Source: Terrimicrobiaceae bacterium
Lineage (GTDB): Bacteria; Verrucomicrobiota; Verrucomicrobiia; Chthoniobacterales; JAATET01
Direction of reading: 5' to 3'
Length of the DNA: 43,189 bases
Assembly: GCA_041689405.1 (NCBI GenBank)
Contig: JBDNGG010000143.1
Location: forward strand, 1-43,189
The notes under the pieces: model-generated
Databases searched by the model: none
Told to the model about the DNA's origin: nothing
The model's input: only the letters and a program-made list of their open reading frames with translations
Program-made: the position numbers and the translations under genes
Shown here: positions 1 to 8,899 of the stretch, piece by piece
Numbering within the stretch: position 1 is the stretch's first letter
How the letters are laid out: every line of letters starts with the position of its first letter

Positions 1-11
1 AAAGAATTAAA

Positions 12-97
12 ACCATGAAGGACATGAAGCGCATGAAGATTCAGAAAAAATCTTACTCAGCCGTCTCCCCCTTCATGTCCTTCATGCTCTTCATGGT
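12..97. repeat. Inverted pair of tandem 9-mer arrays (3x CATGAAG core / 3x CTTCATG core), forming a long hairpin
   Basis: 12-38 ACCATGAAGGACATGAAGCGCATGAAG is nearly the reverse complement of 71-97 CTTCATGTCCTTCATGCTCTTCATGGT; 32 nt spacer. Confidence 0.85.
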
Positions 98-286
98 AGA
101 AAGAAAAAGGGGGGCACCTCGTCGGAAGTCAACCCGGCGGCAACCAGCGCAAAATCCCGCTCATGCCTGGCGTGCTCATTGTCCTCCCACAAGCGAGTCG
201 GGCAGCGAGTTCTCAAACCGCCCTGTTGTTTCTCCGCCCTTTGCGTTAATCGTCCTTCACTATTATACCCAAAAAGTTGTGTTGAA

Positions 287-348
287 AGCCCAGGGTGCCA
301 ACCACTGGAATATCGACCGATGATGACATCAGCCCCGGCAGGGGCGAC
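287..348. repeat. REP-like palindromic unit next to the transposase remnant
   Basis: AGCCCAGGG..CTGG followed by hairpin GCCCC-GGCA-GGGGC (332-345)+GAC; same layout as 43019-43139. Confidence 0.6.
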
Positions 349-351
349 GGA

Positions 352-530
352 TCAAAACACATACCGACTATCAAACTCCACTGCGTGTCGCTGGAGGGGT
401 TCCAGATATTCCTCGCGAAACGTCCGCTTACGATGGTGCTCCTCCTGGTTCGCCAATGTAACGCCGTGCAGTAACCCTCCGGGTCTTACCTGAACATGCT
501 CACCCACCGAAAACAGCGAAGAACTTATAA
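352..530 (-). pseudogene. C-terminal remnant of an IS200/IS605-family Y1 (RAYT-like) transposase
   Basis: FSVG...ANQEEHHRKRTFREEYLEPLQRHAVEFDSRYVF resembles the Y1 TnpA C-terminus; HUH N-terminus absent and catalytic Tyr not evident; 5' limit approximate. Confidence 0.7.
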
Positions 531-647
531 TTCCGGCAAAATGGACGAATGCAGGGAACCCGAGCCCCGGCAAAAGATCAAAGTCGGAACGCCTCTGCCC
601 CCTTACGCATAGGGCTACGAGCACAGGCGCATCGTCGCTGTGAGCGG

Positions 648-1799
648 TCAAAGGAAATCGTGGGGAGTCTTCTCGATGGTTTGGAGTCCTCGGACTTCGA
701 TTCTCGGCTCGAGTCTGGCTTGGACGGAGCCGGGACACACGATAATGAGCATGTCGAGTTTCAGGTCGTCGAGTGCCACCCGCATTGATCGCGTGACGGA
801 TGGCTTCTCCGAGTATTTGAATTCGAATCCGACGCGACGGCCTTGCCGGAGGAGGAGAAGGTCCAGTTCCGCGCCGCCCTGGGTGGCCCAGAAATACGCG
901 TCGCGCTGCCGTGTAACGCGGAGGATCTGTTCCATGGCGAATCCTTCCCAGGACGCGCCGACCTTGGGATGTCCGGTGAGTTCCTTTGCGGTGCCGAGAC
1001 TCAGGAGATGGTGCAGCAGGCCGGAGTCGCGCAGGAAGATCTTGGGTGACTTGATCTGCCGTTTGCCAACGTTCTCGAACCAAGGCTGCAATTGCCTCAC
1101 CATATAAGTGCGCGTGAGATCGTCGAGGTAGCTTTTCACGGTCTTGTCGCTCAGCCCCATCGCCCGTCCCAACTCCGAGCCATTCCAAAGCTGCCCGTGC
1201 GAATGCGCCAGCATCGTCCAGAACCGACGCATCGCGGGCGCCGCCACCCGGATGCCGAATTGCGGGAGATCGCGCTCGAGAAAGGTGCGCACGAATCCCT
1301 CGCGCCAGGCAGTACTGTCGGGGTCGTCCGCCGCGAGAAAGGAACGCGGAAATCCACCCCGGAGCCAGAGACGATCCATCTCGCCCGTGCCAGTCTCCAT
1401 GAGATCGAACCCGTGCAGATCCACAAATTCGACCCGTCCCGCAAGACTCTCCGAAGCGTGCTGGATGAGTTCCGGCGACGCGCTACCCAGAATGAGAAAC
1501 CGCACCGGGAGATCGGTCCGGTCCGCCAACACCCGCAGGACGGGAAAGAGATCCGGGCGGATCTGGATCTCGTCCAGAATCACCAGCCCTGCCAGAGCGC
1601 CAAGCGCCAGCTCCGGATTCCCTAGGCGCAGCAGATCCTTCGGGGATTCCAGATCGAAGTAGTGACACTCGGGCGTTTCCATGAGCGTCCGTGCCAAGGT
1701 CGTCTTCCCGCACTGCCGCGGACCCAGCAGAGCGCAGATGGGCGAGCGGGCAAGCGCACGGCGCACCGCATGGATGTAAATGGGACGCGCAATCATCAT
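648..1799 (-). CDS. AAA+ ATPase, AAA_14/DUF4143 (COG1373) family
   Basis: Walker A GPRQCGKT, Walker B ILDEIQ, ESLAGR, GGFP, C-terminal E-D-E-x-K nuclease-like tail (ELDLL..GFEFK). Confidence 0.9.
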   Translation of the reverse strand: MMIARPIYIHAVRRALARSPICALLGPRQCGKTTLARTLMETPECHYFDLESPKDLLRLGNPELALGALAGLVILDEIQIRPDLFPVLRVLADRTDLPVRFLILGSASPELIQHASESLAGRVEFVDLHGFDLMETGTGEMDRLWLRGGFPRSFLAADDPDSTAWREGFVRTFLERDLPQFGIRVAAPAMRRFWTMLAHSHGQLWNGSELGRAMGLSDKTVKSYLDDLTRTYMVRQLQPWFENVGKRQIKSPKIFLRDSGLLHHLLSLGTAKELTGHPKVGASWEGFAMEQILRVTRQRDAYFWATQGGAELDLLLLRQGRRVGFEFKYSEKPSVTRSMRVALDDLKLDMLIIVCPGSVQARLEPRIEVRGLQTIEKTPHDFL

Positions 1800-1831
1800 T
1801 GTAATTTCGGAGCAAAGATCCGAAAATGCAA
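1799..1831. promoter_or_regulatory. Imperfect 13-bp inverted repeat abutting the ATPase start codon (putative operator)
   Basis: TTGTAATTTCGGA-GCAAAGA-TCCGAAAATGCAA, 11/13 complementary. Confidence 0.45.
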
Positions 1832-1989
1832 GGATGAGCTCCGCCTGCCCTATAAAAAGGTCAGTCCCATGATATTACATTCATCGCTCGTAAAAATTCG
1901 GCAAACTCCGTGTGAGTTCAGGCGGTGAGGATGGAGCAGAAGAGTTTTTTGGAGGGGATAGACGAGAATGCTTTGGAAGGACAGGCCCG

Positions 1990-3249
1990 CTACTGGCCGT
2001 AAATCGCCGAAACTTCGTCTGCGATAATCCGAAGCCCTTCTCGGACGGTATCCTCATCCATCGCGAAATTGAGGCGGATGCATTGGCTAACGTGGGCGTC
2101 GACGTCTGGACAACCGAATCCAAAGTAGTCGCCTGGAACCACGAGGACGCCCCGGTGTTTGAGTCGAGAGTAGAGTTCGCAGGCCGGAATCGGTAGATTG
2201 CGGAACCAGATCCACAAAAACATGGTGCCTTCAGTTTCGTGGACGAAGTAATCGAGGGATGGATCAAAAATCTCAGCAACCCACTCCCGCGCTTTGAGCG
2301 CTTTGGACTGGTAGTAGGGACGGATCATGTCCTTCACGATCGTGTCGATCTCACCGGATTCGAGAAATGGCGTCACGAGTGCCTGGCCGATGGTGCCATT
2401 GGCGAGACCGGAAACAGCGCTCATTGCCGCAATGGCGCGGGTGATTTCAGGACGCGCAATGACTATGCCCGTGCGCGTGCCGGGTAGCCCGAGCTTCGAG
2501 AGACTCAGGACCAGAATGGTATTCTCGTTCCAATGCGGGGTTCCTGACTTAAAAAGAATTCCGGGGAACGGTGCGCCATAAGCATTGTCAACGATGAGTG
2601 GCACGCCCGCTTCATGGCACAGAGCGTCCAGATGTTCCATCTCCGGGTGAGTCAGTACGTTGCCGGATGGGTTGGTGGGGCGGGAAACACAGACCGCTGC
2701 GCAATCTTGGTCCAACTTCAAGCGTGAAAAATCCACACGGTATTTGAAATCATGCGGTCCGGTAAACGTGATCTCGGGCGCCAAACCGGAAAACATCTCG
2801 GTGGCCAACCCTTGATTCGCATAACCGATGTACTCTGGCATGATTGGGAAAATCACGCGCTTCTTGCGTCCTCCCACATGCGCTCCTGCGAGGAGATTAA
2901 ATAAATAAAAGAACGCCGTTTGTCCGCCTGCGGTGACGGCTATGTTCTCTGCACCCACATTCCATCCGTAGGTGCGCTGGAGATAGCCAGCGAGGGCAAG
3001 TGCGAAGCGGCTGTTTCCTTTGGGCGGGTCATAGACCGCGAGCATGCGGTCGAACCGTATGGAGTCATCGAGAAGGTTCTGCATTTCCCGCCGCCAGCAC
3101 GCAGCGACGTCGGGGATAATGGCAGGATTTCCGCCGCCGAGCATTCGCACCGCGCTGCCACCCTCTGCCAGCGCGTTACCGAGGTCCTCCATGAGTTCCT
3201 CGATGCCGCTGCGCTCGGTCCAGCGGGATCCTGTAAGCGAAAATTCCAT
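1990..3249 (-). CDS. avtA: Valine--pyruvate transaminase
   Basis: SGIEELMEDL..MLGGGNPA N-terminus, SRPTNPSGNV, DNAYG, SLSKLGLPG PLP-lysine motif. Confidence 0.88.
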   Translation of the reverse strand: MEFSLTGSRWTERSGIEELMEDLGNALAEGGSAVRMLGGGNPAIIPDVAACWRREMQNLLDDSIRFDRMLAVYDPPKGNSRFALALAGYLQRTYGWNVGAENIAVTAGGQTAFFYLFNLLAGAHVGGRKKRVIFPIMPEYIGYANQGLATEMFSGLAPEITFTGPHDFKYRVDFSRLKLDQDCAAVCVSRPTNPSGNVLTHPEMEHLDALCHEAGVPLIVDNAYGAPFPGILFKSGTPHWNENTILVLSLSKLGLPGTRTGIVIARPEITRAIAAMSAVSGLANGTIGQALVTPFLESGEIDTIVKDMIRPYYQSKALKAREWVAEIFDPSLDYFVHETEGTMFLWIWFRNLPIPACELYSRLKHRGVLVVPGDYFGFGCPDVDAHVSQCIRLNFAMDEDTVREGLRIIADEVSAIYGQ

Positions 3250-3251
3250 AA

Positions 3252-4106
3252 TCAGTGAAACATTAGAACGGATACTTGGCAGGTGCGAACCATGGTTGTC
3301 GTTGTGCTGCCAATGATGAGCTGACGAATGCGGGAATGGCCATAAGCGCCCATGACGAGCATCTGGATATTTTCTTTCTGAATGGTGTCGGAGATCACAC
3401 CTTCAACTGAGCCGGCAATGCTGTGGATTTTCACCTGGTAGCCGCAGCCCGCCAGCTTGGCCGCCGCTTCATTCAGCAACCACTCGGCGTCGGCGTCGAT
3501 TTTACCGGAGCGCAGGATGTGACATTCGGCTTCCTTGAGAAGAGGCTCGTCGAGTAAGCATTTGAGTGCCTTCTCCGCGCTCGGACTCCCGTCGTATGCA
3601 AATAGGAATTTCTTGATGGGAACAAACTGTCGGGAGGCCACCAAGACAGGCCGGATGCTGGCACGGACAACCCGTTCAAGATTCGATCCAAGATGGAGTT
3701 TGGCAAAGTCGGCGGATTCTCCACGCTTACCGATGACAACAAGGTCAGCTTCAGCCTCCTGTTTCACGACTTCTTCCACCAACTCACCGTGCAACTGCTC
3801 GATGGTAATGCGGGTTAAGCCAGCCTCGGTCAGATAGCGTTCAGCCTCCGCAAGAATGAGCGTGCCATTCTCACGGGCGAGGCGGTTCTTGGATTCTTCG
3901 AACGCAACGAGTTCTTTGAGCAATGTTTCGCCTGAATCAAAGCCGATATTACCACTCAAGTCACTGGTCTCCGCGCGCTCTCTATGCGCCTCCAACATAT
4001 GGAGGATATGGACGGCTGCGTCAGTGTGTTTGGCTGCCCAGGCTGTATGGTCGTAAGTGCTCTGCGCGTAAATCGAGCCATCCGTGCAGCTGAGTATTTT
4101 TTTCAT
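3252..4106 (-). CDS. Universal stress protein (tandem Usp domains)
   Basis: DGS N-terminal motif, DLVVIGKRG..LGSNLERVVR, MLVMGAYGHSRIRQLIIGSTT. Confidence 0.92.
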   Translation of the reverse strand: MKKILSCTDGSIYAQSTYDHTAWAAKHTDAAVHILHMLEAHRERAETSDLSGNIGFDSGETLLKELVAFEESKNRLARENGTLILAEAERYLTEAGLTRITIEQLHGELVEEVVKQEAEADLVVIGKRGESADFAKLHLGSNLERVVRASIRPVLVASRQFVPIKKFLFAYDGSPSAEKALKCLLDEPLLKEAECHILRSGKIDADAEWLLNEAAAKLAGCGYQVKIHSIAGSVEGVISDTIQKENIQMLVMGAYGHSRIRQLIIGSTTTTMVRTCQVSVLMFH

Positions 4107-4117
4107 AGGAGGAATAT

Positions 4118-5599
4118 TTAGTGGAGAGGAAGGTTGTCCGCCGCGCCGGCTTTATCGTGAATGGCGACACGTTCTATGAGCGTTGCGCTTGCTTCATTGA
4201 GGCCCACTACTTGCACCTCGGTGCCATCTCGGCGAAATCGAAGAACGATTTTGTCCAATGCTCCGACCGAGGATATATCCCAGAAATGGGCTCGCGACAC
4301 GTCAATTGTCACCCGCGATATTGCTTCTCGAAAATCGAAGGATTTGGCGAAGCGACTCGCTGAGACGAAAAACACGTTGCCCTCCACCGTGTAAGTCCTC
4401 TCTTCACCGGTGCTGTCCAGGGAGGTGCCGATACGCATCAGCAGGGCGGCCTTGCGAGCAAAGGAAATGGTACTCATCAAAATCCCAATGCCGACGCCGA
4501 TCGCGAGATTATGAGTGATAACGACCGACGCCACCGTGACAATCATTACTAGGCTCGATGTCTTCGGGTGAACGCGGATGTCTTTGAGCGACTGCCAACT
4601 AAATGTGCCGATGGATACCATAATCATTACGGCTACCAGAGCCGCCATAGGAATGATTTTTACCCATGCGCCGAACATGACGATGAGCACGAGGAGGAAG
4701 GCACCGGCGAAGAAGGTGGACAGTCGCCCGCGGCCGCCCGATTTTACGTTGATCACCGTCTGTCCAATCATGGCGCAGCCTGCCATGCCCCCGAATACGC
4801 TGGATACGATATTTGCCGTTCCCTGGCCGATGCACTCACGGTTTTTGTCACTATCGGTATCAGTGAGGTCATCCACAATCGTCGCCGTCATGAGAGACTC
4901 AAGCAATCCCACCACTGCCAATGGGATGGAATACGGAAGAATGATCCAGAGTGTTTCCAAGGTAAGCGGCACTTGGGGAATTAGGAACATCGGTAGTGTC
5001 GCAGGCAGTTGGCCCATGTCGCCAACCGTCCGCAGATGCATGCCGGTAAAAACCGCGATTACTGTCAGGACGATAATGCATACGAGAGGAGATGGCACCG
5101 CCTTGGTAAAACGCGGCAGCTCATAAATAATGACCAAGCCGCCGGCGACCATCGCATACATCTGCCACCCGGCCCCACGGAACTCTGGAAGCTGCGCCAT
5201 GAAGATGAGGATAGCCAACGCGTTGACAAAGCCCGTCATGACAGAGCGTGAGACGAATTTCAATGCTTCTCCCAAACGCAACCACCCGGCAAGAATTTGA
5301 AAAACACCAGTGAGCAAGCTGGCCGCGAGCAGGTATTGAAGACCGTGCTCCTTGACCAAGCTAATCATCAACAAGGCCATGGCACCTGTTGCAGCTGAAA
5401 TCATCCCTGGTCGACCACCCACGAAGGCCGCCACCACGGCAATGCAGAACGAGGCATACAGCCCAACCTGGGGATCTACCCCGGCAATAATGGAGAAGGC
5501 GATAGCTTCAGGAATTAATGCCAGCGCGACGACGGTGCCCGCTAAAAGATCCTTAGGGACATTTGAAAACCATTCTTTCGTGAAATCTTTGAATATCAT
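4118..5599 (-). CDS. SulP family inorganic anion transporter with STAS domain
   Basis: [50 protein letters not shown]; start placed at ATG 5599 (MIFKDF). Confidence 0.93.
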   Translation of the reverse strand: MIFKDFTKEWFSNVPKDLLAGTVVALALIPEAIAFSIIAGVDPQVGLYASFCIAVVAAFVGGRPGMISAATGAMALLMISLVKEHGLQYLLAASLLTGVFQILAGWLRLGEALKFVSRSVMTGFVNALAILIFMAQLPEFRGAGWQMYAMVAGGLVIIYELPRFTKAVPSPLVCIIVLTVIAVFTGMHLRTVGDMGQLPATLPMFLIPQVPLTLETLWIILPYSIPLAVVGLLESLMTATIVDDLTDTDSDKNRECIGQGTANIVSSVFGGMAGCAMIGQTVINVKSGGRGRLSTFFAGAFLLVLIVMFGAWVKIIPMAALVAVMIMVSIGTFSWQSLKDIRVHPKTSSLVMIVTVASVVITHNLAIGVGIGILMSTISFARKAALLMRIGTSLDSTGEERTYTVEGNVFFVSASRFAKSFDFREAISRVTIDVSRAHFWDISSVGALDKIVLRFRRDGTEVQVVGLNEASATLIERVAIHDKAGAADNLPLH

Positions 5600-5614
5600 G
5601 ACTGAAAATTGCTG

Positions 5615-5667
5615 AGGCATAAGGCCCCCATGGAGGCGAGAAATGCCCAAATCGGGGCAACATGCCC
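5615..5667 (-). promoter_or_regulatory. Candidate structured 5' leader (three-way junction) of the SulP-Usp operon
   Basis: Minus strand: P1 GGGCAU/AUGCCU, P2 UGCCC/GGGCA, P3 GCCUC/GGGGC. Confidence 0.35.
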
Positions 5668-5698
5668 TGATGCTTAACCCGTCGTCCCTGCAAAATTG

Positions 5699-5733
5699 AA
5701 AAGCCGCCCCACCCTTGTTTGAGTGGGACGGCC
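5699..5733 (-). terminator. Rho-independent terminator after ssb
   Basis: Minus strand GCCGTCCCACTC-AAACAA-GGGTGGGGCGGC-TTTT. Confidence 0.75.
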
Positions 5734-5768
5734 AGGATCATGTTTACACCCTCTATTTGAGTGGGAGG

Positions 5769-6275
5769 TTAGAATGGAATGTCATCGTCTTCAGGTGCAT
5801 CGGATGCCGGTCGTGACGATGTTGGAGCACTGCTACCGCTGGCTTCCGAGCGGGCGGGTGGTGCGCTGCGTGTGTAGTTCCCACCCGATGCTGGGGATGA
5901 GTCATCGCTGTCTGCGCCACCACCGCCGTCTCCTCCGCCCGGACGCCCGCCGAGCAATTGGAGGTTTTCGCCGACGACGCGGAGTTTGCTGCGCTTTTGG
6001 CCCGAAGTTTTGTCATCCCAGGTGTCGAGTTGCAAGCGACCTTCGATGAATACCGGGCGGCCTTTTTTCAGGTATTCGCCTGCAATCTCAGCCTGCCTGC
6101 CCCAAAGCGTGACATCCACAAACGTGGTTTCCTCGCGCTTTTCTCCGCCTTCAGTCGTGAAGAATCGATTGATCGCCATGCCAATCTCGGTCACGGCACT
6201 TCCTTTGGCTGTGTATTTGATTTCGGGATCGCGGGTGACGTTTCCGATAAGGATGACTTTATTGACGTTGGCCAT
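5769..6275 (-). CDS. ssb: Single-stranded DNA-binding protein
   Basis: NKVILIGNVTRDPE OB-fold; acidic tail DDDIPF. Confidence 0.97.
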   Translation of the reverse strand: MANVNKVILIGNVTRDPEIKYTAKGSAVTEIGMAINRFFTTEGGEKREETTFVDVTLWGRQAEIAGEYLKKGRPVFIEGRLQLDTWDDKTSGQKRSKLRVVGENLQLLGGRPGGGDGGGGADSDDSSPASGGNYTRSAPPARSEASGSSAPTSSRPASDAPEDDDIPF

Positions 6276-6301
6276 GGGAAGTTTTGGGTTGGGTTGAGAG
6301 C

Positions 6302-6610
6302 TTAGGCTGCTGCTGCGGTCTTGGCTGGCAGAGCGATGAAGTTATAAAGCGAGACTTCGCTGTCGAGTTTGAATTTGCCGCGCAGGCGATCCAATTTTGT
6401 GGGGTCGATTTCGAGAATGAAGTTCACGAAATAGGCAGATTTGATATGATTGTGCTCGTACGAGAGGTCGCGTTTTTCGAGGCGTTGGATCTGCTCGATG
6501 TCCGCGCCCTCCGCGATAAATTCTTTTTCGAGCCGTTCGATGGTGTCTTTGGCGTTATCTTCTTTGCCTCGCGTATCAAGTGCGAGCAGAACTTCGTAGC
6601 GTTTTTTCAT
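6302..6610 (-). CDS. rpsF: 30S ribosomal protein S6
   Basis: KRYEVLL N-terminus, R-L-S-Y motif, 102 aa, located between pth and ssb. Confidence 0.85.
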   Translation of the reverse strand: MKKRYEVLLALDTRGKEDNAKDTIERLEKEFIAEGADIEQIQRLEKRDLSYEHNHIKSAYFVNFILEIDPTKLDRLRGKFKLDSEVSLYNFIALPAKTAAAA

Positions 6611-6615
6611 GATGG

Positions 6616-7185
6616 TTAGTTTGATTGATTAAATTGATTCATTGCAAAATTCAAGCATTGAGTCTGGATGGATTCCACTGCATCCGCAGCGCGGTGGATG
6701 GCGGCGTGGATGGCTGGCTCTTCTTCCGAAGAAAATTGCCCGAGCACATGGTCGTGCATGGCTCCGATTCCAGCTCCGATTCCGACCCTCAACCGGGGAA
6801 CGGCGGTTGTTCCCAGGTGCGTGATTGCCGATTCAAGGCCGTTGTGTCCGCCGGACGATCCTGATTCTCTGAGTCGGAGTTGGCCAATTGGCAGCGCCAC
6901 GTCATCGACGATCACGAGCACGGATGCTGCGGGAATTTTATAAAACCGGATATAGCCGCTGAGGGACTCCCCGCTCCGGTTCATGAACGTGAGTGGCTTC
7001 ATGAACGCGTAGTCGATGGTGCCGGCGAGGGCGCATTGCCACTTGGGAATCTGCTGCAAATCGAGACGCCCGCGCCGACACAGCTCGTCGATGACGAGAA
7101 AGCCGATATTATGGCGCGTGCGTTCATAGGATTTGCCCGGATTCCCGAGCCCGGCAACGAGTCGGATCGGGGCGTTCTGCTCCAT
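6616..7185 (-). CDS. pth: Peptidyl-tRNA hydrolase
   Basis: GLGNPG..YERTRHNIGF, KPLTFMNRSG, GSSGGHNGL. Confidence 0.97.
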   Translation of the reverse strand: MEQNAPIRLVAGLGNPGKSYERTRHNIGFLVIDELCRRGRLDLQQIPKWQCALAGTIDYAFMKPLTFMNRSGESLSGYIRFYKIPAASVLVIVDDVALPIGQLRLRESGSSGGHNGLESAITHLGTTAVPRLRVGIGAGIGAMHDHVLGQFSSEEEPAIHAAIHRAADAVESIQTQCLNFAMNQFNQSN

Positions 7186-7197
7186 CGAGCAATCCGG

Positions 7198-7854
7198 TTA
7201 TTTTTTCTCCGCAGCCGGAGCGTCCACTTTCTTTTCCTTGAGCACTTCCGGAGCGGTAGTCGCAACGGGGGCTTCTTCCTGAACATTGGGCTCAGAGACG
7301 AGGAAAACTGTGATTTCAGGGTCTGCCACGGCGGTGACGCCCGCAGGCAGCACAAGGTCGCCGATGTGCAGCGAGTCGCCGACGTTGAGTCCGGAAACGT
7401 CGACGATAAGAACTTCCGGGAGGTCTTGAGGAAGGCATTCGAGGAGCACGTTACGGACCTGTTGTTGAAGGATACCACCAAAGGTCTTGACACCTTCGGG
7501 TTCACCCTCGGACTCGATGGGGACTTCGGACTGTATCATCTCGGTGCGGGAAACCGCATGGAAGTCGATGTGCAGGATGTCGCCTCGCACCGGGTGATGC
7601 TGGACTTCCTGGATCAACGCGAGGCTGGTAACTGCCGTGCCATCTTCTTCAATGGAAAGATCCACGAGCAAATGCTCGCCGTGGGCGTGGGAGAGGAGAC
7701 GCTCGATTTCCTTGCGGTTCACTTCGAGGTTAGATGGGGTCTGGTGCGATCCGTAGATCACCGCTGGCACGAAGCCGCGGGCGCGCACTTGCTTTACGGC
7801 ATTGCGACCGGATTCCACGCGGGGACGCGCGGTAAGTTTTACTTGAGTAGCCAT
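7198..7854 (-). CDS. rplY: 50S ribosomal protein L25/Ctc
   Basis: GFVPAVIYG, VQHHPVRGDILHIDF, C-terminal Ctc domain. Confidence 0.95.
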   Translation of the reverse strand: MATQVKLTARPRVESGRNAVKQVRARGFVPAVIYGSHQTPSNLEVNRKEIERLLSHAHGEHLLVDLSIEEDGTAVTSLALIQEVQHHPVRGDILHIDFHAVSRTEMIQSEVPIESEGEPEGVKTFGGILQQQVRNVLLECLPQDLPEVLIVDVSGLNVGDSLHIGDLVLPAGVTAVADPEITVFLVSEPNVQEEAPVATTAPEVLKEKKVDAPAAEKK

Positions 7855-7861
7855 ATCAGAA

Positions 7862-8827
7862 TTACGTGGTGGATTTTTTCTTTAGTTCGAAAAGCGATGT
7901 CACCGATTCGTCTCGGTGGATCCGGATAATGCCCTCGCCCAACAATTCAGCAATCGAGAGCACTTTAACGCAATCGACAGCCGCTTCGTTGATCGGCGTG
8001 CTGTCAGTTGTGATCAGCTCTTTAATTTCGGATTTTTTTAATCGCTCAACCGCCAAATCTGTCAGCACCGTATGCGAAACACCAGCATAAATATCGAGTG
8101 CTCCTAATCCGCGCAAAATCTTAGCGGCATTCGTGATCGTGCCGGCCGTCTCGGTGAGGTCATCGACAATGAGGACATTCTTTCCCTCGACATCGCCGAT
8201 GACGTGCAGAGCCTCGGTTTCCGTGGCGGAGATCCGGCGTTTGACCACGATGGCAAGTCCGGCTTTGAGTGCCTGCGCGTATGCGGACGCCATTTTCACT
8301 CCGCCGACATCGGGGGATACGACGGTGAGATTCGTCAGGTTTTTGTCCTGCAAATACTGCATCAGCACGGGAAGTGCGTAGAGATGATCGACCGGAATAT
8401 CAAAAAATCCCTGTAACTGCTGCGCGTGGAGATCCATCGTAAGGACCCGGTTCACCCCTGCGGCCACGAGGAGGTTTGCCACCAGTTTTGCGGTGATTGG
8501 TACCCGCGGCTGATCTTTTCTGTCCTGCCTCGCATACCCAAAAAACGGTATCACTGCGGTGATGCGGGCGGCGCTGGATCGTCGCGCTGCATCCACCAAA
8601 ATCAGCAACTCCATGAGGTTCTGATTAGTCGGTGGACAGGTCGGCTGGACAATAAATACATCACGACCGCGAATGTTCTCATTGATTTTAACAAATGTCT
8701 CACCGTCCGGAAAGGAGCTAACCGAGGCGTCTCCGAGGGGCACGTCCAGATAGTTGCAGATCGACTCCACAAGTCCGCGGTGCGCAGTACCGGTAAAGAT
8801 TTTCAGTTCGGGGCTTTGTCGGAACAT
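7862..8827 (-). CDS. prs: Ribose-phosphate pyrophosphokinase
   Basis: FPDGET, PFFGYARQDRK, DLHAQQLQGFF, VSPDVGG; start placed at ATG 8827. Confidence 0.96.
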   Translation of the reverse strand: MFRQSPELKIFTGTAHRGLVESICNYLDVPLGDASVSSFPDGETFVKINENIRGRDVFIVQPTCPPTNQNLMELLILVDAARRSSAARITAVIPFFGYARQDRKDQPRVPITAKLVANLLVAAGVNRVLTMDLHAQQLQGFFDIPVDHLYALPVLMQYLQDKNLTNLTVVSPDVGGVKMASAYAQALKAGLAIVVKRRISATETEALHVIGDVEGKNVLIVDDLTETAGTITNAAKILRGLGALDIYAGVSHTVLTDLAVERLKKSEIKELITTDSTPINEAAVDCVKVLSIAELLGEGIIRIHRDESVTSLFELKKKSTT

Positions 8828-8899
8828 AGGGCGGGTCGGAGCGTAGGAATCTAGGAGCCTAGCAGGCTTTGGCAATGCGAAAATGCGTGCCGTGCGACT

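Noticed and set aside
15-323. 102-aa ORF starting MKDMKRMK
   Set aside because: The Met-rich pattern is just translation of the 9-mer arrays.
352-1188. 278-aa minus-strand ORF as a real gene
   Set aside because: Mostly an alternative frame of the AAA+ ATPase; only the last ~60 codons resemble a transposase.
5769-6610. rpsF-ssb without rpsR, and proA without adjacent proB
   Set aside because: Split operons are common; the partners are probably elsewhere in the genome.
6880-7929. 349-aa plus-strand ORF and other long antisense ORFs
   Set aside because: Shadow ORFs opposite well-supported genes in GC-rich DNA, with no motifs.
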